Shown here in pieces: positions 48,214-54,622 of a stretch of 54,622 nucleotides of DNA. Within the stretch, counting starts at the first letter, position 1; the number at the start of each line of letters is the position of its first letter. The notes beneath the pieces were generated by a model. The model searched no databases, was not told the DNA's origin, and saw nothing but the letters and a program-made list of their open reading frames with translations. The stretch is from Girardia tigrina (taxonomy: Eukaryota), in the NCBI GenBank assembly GCA_001938485.1, contig MQRK01183260.1:1-54622 (forward strand). Direction: 5' to 3'. The translations under genes and the position numbers were made by a program.

Positions 48214-51200
48214 TGTTGGGAGCGTTGTTGAGTTCATAAAACTTTTAAATTTTCAATCTTATCAAATTAATAATTAAATAATAACATTCCGTAAAATATT
48301 GTTATAGATATGTTAAAATAAGATTTTCAGAAATTTATTCTAAAAATTAATTTATGTAAGAAATAAAATAAATTTTACGGTAGGTTTATTAAAAGATTTA
48401 TGCAGATTTATTATAAAGTAAAAAAGTTAATTTCAAATGTGATGAAAATATTTAATTGAAATAAAATCAAAAGTAATATAAAGTTTAATATTTTATTTGC
48501 GAAATGAAAAGTAAACTAAACTATTTTTTGTAACTTTTATTTTACACGATTAAATCGAAGTAAATTAAAAATGTAATTATAATTTTTTTGGAAATTGTAA
48601 TTTGAATCAAAATATAATTGTAAAACAATTAAATTGACCTAAATGAAAATGCGATTTTAATTTTATTTTGGAAAACGTAATTATTAATGGAAATATAATT
48701 TTATTTTTTATGTTAAAAAAGGGGTAATTTAAAAGTTGTTAAATTAAACGAAATATCGATTTTAAATTCTATTTTTAAAACATTATTTTATTAACCGTTC
48801 ACCTCATACTACCGGCTGGAGCGGCCGTGTCCACTTTTATCTATATATATCTTTTCCTAGAATTAATAAACGTTAAATTTAATTTTTAATGAAAAATATT
48901 ATTATTGATAATTTTATTCAATTTAACTAATTTAAATATCGTATAAATTGATACCGGCCTCTCAGGCCGTTAGGTGAAGGATAACTGACAAAACAGTAGT
49001 ATGAGGTTAATGGTTAAATCCAAAGTAATTTTTAAAACTATTATGAAAACAAAATGAAAAATGCTGTTATATAGAATTGGGAAATTTAATTGAGAAACAG
49101 GTAAATTTAAATGTACAATAAAATTGAAATTTAAAAAAAGACGTAACAAAATCTTTATGACAAAATTTTAATAAATTCACTTATTAATTTCTTAGTAAAA
49201 AATGTATTGCGGTCAAAAACTCATATCTACATCCACACCAGCGTTAAGATAGTTTACAAAAGAGAAAAGAGACGTTTAGCACCAGAATACATTTATTAAT
49301 AAACTTATCACATTACAAGAAGGGAGTGCATGTATTTGGCAGTGGCAACAGGGTAGAGCGGCTCCTTCCCTCGCATCGCCGCCCACCAGAAAGTCCACAT
49401 CAGTTGGGAAAAAGCCGTTGGTCTGAATAATTATTGAATTAATTAATATGAACTCGAAAATTAACAAAATCGCCTACTGAGTTCCCCAAAAGACTTAGGG
49501 TATAAGCCGAACCTTCACATGAAGCTCTTGTCGAGTCGCATCCATGGCTGAAATCCGCAAACCGATAGGGCTTTCCCAGACGAAGATATACCCCTGTAAA
49601 AATCGGAAGATTAATTAAAAAATTACGTGAATCATCCCGAAAGTCCAAAAGAGGCATTACGCAATTATTCACTATGAATAATCCGTGAATCATAGAGCGC
49701 GTGATACAGACAGTCTGCACAGGGTGTGTCGGCACGCAGTCAGCTATGTCATAATAAAATAAAAAATTTCCAAAAATTTCTAAAAATTTTGGAGACACAC
49801 CGACAGGCCCGACCAATCAAAAGTTTGAAAATTAGTCAAACTGTCGCTGGCAAAGCCTCGTTAGCCCACGAAGAGTAACAGGGTGTTTCTCCAGCTCTAT
49901 AAATATAACACTTATTCCACCATTAACTGAACAACAATTATTTGAACAAATTCTTGAACATTTCAAGACAAGCGTCAGACACTATTTTGAACCGAATATA
50001 CCTGAACAAAGATAGACATCAATTTTGAACGAACTCGAAGAATTTGGGCGCACCGAATTTACGTTCTACTGAGAGTAATTGCAACTAGAGGATCCTTGAA
50101 CGGACGTCAAACGCCACACAAGGACGCGAGAACAACTAAGGACTACGCGACAAACTAACGAGGAGCGACATAAATCCCAAACGAGAAATTCTAAATTTCC
50201 ATTACCGTTGACAGTTCGAGTTGCCGATAGACCATCCTCCGGATATCAAATCGTAATTAAAACTTCTATTATTTATGCTTAATTCGATTATTCTAAATAT
50301 ATGTATTATAAATACCGATTCTCTTTTATAATTGATTTTCACTAACCTTAGATTTTATTACATTCCTACAAGTTAGAGAGAGAGGGTAGGTGCCGCGGTC
50401 GTCGTCGTTCCCTTTACAATGTCCAGAATTGAAGATCAATTTACCGAGCATTTAGTGGAAACTCTCGGGATTCTCCATGAACCCGAGGTCGATGTAAATA
50501 ATAACGACCTTCAGAACGAGCCGCGGTTGGTTATTACCGACGTAAGATCCATATCGCTGAGCGATATGTCCGAAACGACCGAACGTTATAGCCCACTAGC
50601 GCGGGGTGAAATTCGATTATAAATGACCTTCCACTGAAATTAAGGTCAAATATTTAAACAAATAAAATTTTGAGAAATTTTTATGAACACGAGTTTTCTT
50701 GATTTTAGGACTTAAAATTTATCTTTTGAATTTATCAAATCAAGTGCAGTGAACAAGTGCAGTAAATAAGAAAAATTTTGAATTCATCAAATCAAGTGTA
50801 ATGAAAATTGATAAAAGTGCGATGAATTTTTATAAGAAAAATTTTGAATTCATCGAATGAAGTATAGTGAAAATTTGTAAACAAGTAAAATTTTGATATT
50901 TTGAAATAAGTGAAATTTTAAATGAGATTTCTCTGAAATTAACACGTATAAGAAAGATAAATACTGCCTCAGTGTCAACTTAACTTTAACTAAAATAAAA
51001 ATGCGTTGAAGTGAGATAAGAAATCAGTTTTCTCTTAAGAAATTACTCACCTATTCTAGTATCAGAATTTTAGCTGGTCTAAGTATCTAATAACGACAAT
51101 CGCGTTAAAATGAAGCAAATCAGTAAGAATTACAATCTGTTGTTGGCAAATCGACCAAGAAGTGACGGTAAGCTAGACTGATGTGAGGTTAAACAATTTT

Positions 51201-52026
51201 GAAATGGGCTCGTAGGTAAGATACTAAACCGTAATCAACAGGGGTGCCACTAACTCAAACGATGACATAGTAAGGTAGTACTGAGTGGTTCAATAATACG
51301 AATAAACCCAAACTGGTAATTATTTACAGCAACGCATGATGATAACAATACATAACAATAATGATTTAATTATTTCAGATACAAGGGGACACCAATAATA
51401 CACGTACATAATCGGGACGATGGTTATCAACACTACATAATCATGCCACAAGTCTAATGTTACACAACAGTGCCGCAAGTTACACAACATTCAAACACAA
51501 CAGTGCCATAAGTCATGAACGTCAATATAACAACCGTGTGGTAGACAAGCATAAGCAACGAACTCACTAAAGGATTATATAAATACATGTTTTAAATCCT
51601 CACCGAGCGACACTAAGCTATGTGGGGAGCCCATAGCCCATCCCTTCTTGATTTGAACCCGAAGGCCCCATGAATTTGGCACTGCAAAGCAGATGTCAGG
51701 CAAGATAGGCGTCCGACCCAACACATAATGTCGTTTAAAATCAGAGTAAAATTAGAGTGGGTTGTGGTTGACCCTTAATAACCACTGGGGGCTCAAAAGT
51801 CATCAGAAATGTTCCAGCTCAGAAGGGTCGTGACAAATGTATATAATTTTAATTCGTAAAAAATACAATAACCATGTTTATATTTATATCAATTCTTATT
51901 TATAATGAAAAAAGTGTAAAAAGAAAGTGCAAAAATTCCTCGGAAATATTTGTTTAAAGAAACTCAAATTGTGGTAGAAATAAAATTTTGTGTTAATGAC
52001 TACGTCTTTTGATCAAGAACCCAATA
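48214..52026 (+). mobile_element. 3813-bp solo-LTR-like element, family B (TGTTGGG...CCCAATA)
   Basis: Perfect 5-bp TSD ATTAC within the MULE ORF; internal CCAAT (~49813) and TATA (~49898); no recognisable transposase or RT. Confidence 0.8.
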
Positions 52027-52699
52027 ATTACCAAGCACAAATAATGGCTTAGAATCAACTAATGGCGTGATAAAGAAAGATGGAATAACTCGCAAGCGTT
52101 TATCATTGGCTCGCTTTCTGGAATTAGTTGAGTCAAAAATTGTCGAAGATTGGTCGATCAATAGGAATTCGGAAAAACCAATTAGCCCGATTTTGTTTGA
52201 CGAGGTGCCACCAATTAGTCACGAAATGTGCCTTAAAACATACAATACCACTCAAAGAGAAATGACAGTAGTGATGTCAAAAAACAAAGAGAAGATTCAA
52301 TACATGGCGTCAGGTCGAACGATTGCTACAAATTTCAAAGCAGATTTAAAAGAATAAAGAAGGCTAAAAGATAAACTCAACTGGACTGATTTTGATTCGT
52401 TCAAGGACATGCAGTCGCATTTCTGGGAACTATGTTTAATGGAAGATAAGGACAATTGGACCTTTAGCACATGCAACTGCAAAGAATTCCAAAAAATATA
52501 TATCTGCAAACATTTATTACTGCTTGCCTTCCTTTATGAATATACTTCAATACCATTGAGAGCGCAAAAAGATGCCATTTGGTCCAAAACAGAAGTGTGG
52601 TCGCCCAGCAGAAATCACATTTGCTTTGGAAACAATGCATGTTCCAGTGCCTAAGAAGCACAATACATATGAAGTATTGCCAACTAATAATTTAAAAAA

Positions 52700-53308
52700 A
52701 ATGCAAATTGGAAACTGTATTTATTTTCCAATGCACGCAAAGCTACATCATATGATTCATCGCTGAATCCATAACTTTCTACGATTCGTTTAACTTCGCC
52801 TACGACATATTTAAGTAGGTAAAATAATTTATTTTTCTTGTTAGTGGTCAAGTCATCGATACACGATTGTAATATCGCCTTCCAATCTGTGTAACTCGCT
52901 ATATCACTTACAAACATAGGTATCTGAAGTTTCTCAAATCCTTCTAATCCTGTATTCACTATTTCTTTTTTGTGTACGATTGTACTTGTTCCATTCTTTA
53001 TCTAGTAATTTTATTTCATAATTTTTTCTCAATAGCAACTCGATCTCCATATCAACTAGCTCCAATTATTCCAACTCATTTTCTAATTTCTCTACTTCTT
53101 TTCATTTGAGATACCGAGCTAATGTTATCATATTTTGGTATTCATTTTGTATTTCTTCATATTTCTCTCTATATTTATTATTAAGTAATTTCCACTCCTC
53201 ATTAGTGTTCACATCGTACAATTTTCTCCTCGAATTAACCAGTTGTACTCTCCAACCGTTCTTTTTATTCAATTTTTCCGCTAACTGTCTTGTATACTCT
53301 TCGTTTCC
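52700..53308 (-). mobile_element. BEL/Pao gag remnant (coiled-coil region plus DUF1759-like)
   Basis: KLQIPMFVSDIASYTDWKAILQSCID...KLFYLLKYVVGEVKRIVESYGFSDESYDVALRALENKY; stops and one frameshift. Confidence 0.85.
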
Positions 53309-53536
53309 TCCACCACAGAGACGAAACATAATGTCTAATGCAGTATGTTTTACTATCCCACTTTCTCGTATGGTCTCATTTGCCTTCCATTATCGACCAG
53401 CTATGATCAAACGTTGTTGGTCTGTTGGGATTCCTTCTCTATTTTTAATTTTTAATATAATACTTTAAATGGTACCTTCGAATGATACTTCCACAGTAAT
53501 GGTTTTCCCTGAAGAAATTTTGCAGAATATTTGGAA
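53309..53536 (-). pseudogene. Ubiquitin-like domain (76 aa) fused in frame to BEL/Pao gag
   Basis: FQIFCKISSGKTITVEVSFEGTI*SIILKIKNREGIPTDQQRLIIAGR*WKANETIRESGIVKHTALDIMFRLCGG; ungapped 35/76 identity to ubiquitin; in-frame ATGs at 53542, 53566 and 53620. Confidence 0.9.
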
Positions 53537-54016
53537 TTTCATTTTATCTTCATTTGATTTTTCCATGTTTTGATAAAGGTTTTTCATTGAAACGATTGTG
53601 ATAGAATTCTTTTGATTCATTACTTCCTAAAATTTATCGATTAATTTTCCTATTATCCAGAAACATGTTTTCTTGTTTTTTAATATTATTAAGTTCATAA
53701 TAATTATTATTATCTGCATTATCATTATTATTATTTTTACTTTTATTATTTTATTATTATTTTTGATTTTATTATTGCAAAAAGTAATTTTAACAAATAT
53801 TAAAACCGAATTTTTCATATTTTTTGTATTTTTTTTGTTAAATTTACATGGAGGAGTAATCCAAAAATTCATAAATTACTATCAATAACCCAACAGTTTT
53901 TATTTATAGTTTTAAGATCCAAAATAGAACCATCATTGCGATAACCCATAATAAATAATTTTTTGAAATACATTTAAGATCTCTTATTTTGTAGATAAAA
54001 ATCGATCAAATGGATT

Positions 54017-54525
54017 TGTTACGACTCCATATTCTACATCAAAACCCAGACCCCTTTCACCATTTCATTGTCCAGTGCGCACGAAAGTTTGTTGGAGTGT
54101 GGGGATAGTCAAACTCGACTATCCCCGGTGATTTTAAATGACCTCGTGCGCACCGGATATGGAGTGGGATAGGAGGTCCTGGAGAATTGATGCCTCCACC
54201 ACGGAGTCCCTTGTGCTCACTGAAGCCTTTGAATAACCTAAAATAAAAATAGAAAATTAATAAATTAATTAAGCTAATTAGCAAACTTGAATAATTGAAA
54301 GTCCACGGAATAGGCGACCATTGTTTACCTTCGTGGTAAACTTCCCGCCAGGCAGGATGTTGCGGATTCGACCATCAAACGGTGCAGACGAGTTATTACC
54401 ACGGTGTTTATTCCGTGACTTCCTGGCAAATAAACGTTTAACTTCGGTAGGGTATAAATACCCAAGTCGGTTCGCACATTAGCTGCCAGTTACACAATTT
54501 ATTATTGTGAGAAGTGGTTGCAACG
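54017..54525 (+). mobile_element. Possible solo LTR
   Basis: TGTTAC...GCAACG ends, GC-richer body, TATA-like GGTATAAATA; no TSD found. Confidence 0.35.
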
Positions 54526-54622
54526 TCTATATCCGAATTCATTTTTTTAAACACCAAAATTTTCTTAATATAACAATTCACATTTCTAAAACAAATTTTC
54601 CTGTTAATTTAATTTAATTATC

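Larger units (their letters stand above)
44685..52690 (+). mobile_element. MULE/SWIM transposase pseudogene split by two LTR-type insertions (44685-45372, 47588-48213, 52032-~52690)
   Basis: ADTTYKL..GYPVLMVG, LIADAA, MCWLHM, GWYEG...LP|STNNGLESTN, SWIM CNCKEFQKIYICKH; frame rejoins exactly across both TSDs. Confidence 0.9.

Noticed and set aside
48825-48845. GATAAAAGTGG (minus strand) resembling part of a twister ribozyme
   Set aside because: The remaining twister stems and pseudoknot partners are absent.
53309-53536. Host polyubiquitin or Ub-ribosomal protein gene, or NEDD8
   Set aside because: Only 46% identical to ubiquitin (host genes are near-invariant); single unit; followed by Gag-like sequence rather than L40/S27a; R72 argues against NEDD8.
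54017-54525. 5' LTR of the Ub-Gag BEL element
   Set aside because: No adjacent PBS on the minus strand, the TATA-like motif suggests plus orientation, and there is no TSD; linkage unsupported.

Overview
Very AT-rich, repeat-dense eukaryotic (metazoan) DNA. The mix of 41-48 nt mini-introns and kb-sized TE-filled introns, Penelope elements and large LTRs would fit a triclad flatworm, but this is inference. One host gene dominates: a minus-strand NWD1/NWD2-family STAND protein (DUF4062-like N-terminus, NACHT NTPase, start of WD40-like repeats). I could reconstruct 15 in-phase exons from the ATG at 42436 down to 2463 (about 1109 codons), and the gene continues off the left edge. Introns and upstream DNA are packed with decayed TEs: mariner/Tc1/maT/IS630-like, pogo, hAT MITEs, Mutator/MULE, Chapaev3-like, Penelope (one with a minimal hammerhead ribozyme), a Gypsy family with TG...TA LTRs, a 3.8-kb solo-LTR-like element, and a BEL/Pao gag. 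The best novel candidate is at about 52700-53620 (minus strand, hidden from the ORF track by two nonsense mutations). There an ungapped 76-residue ubiquitin-like domain (35/76 identical to ubiquitin, ending RLCGG, with K48R) is fused in frame to the N-terminal region of a BEL/Pao Gag. Several local templated duplications (direct and inverted) are also visible.
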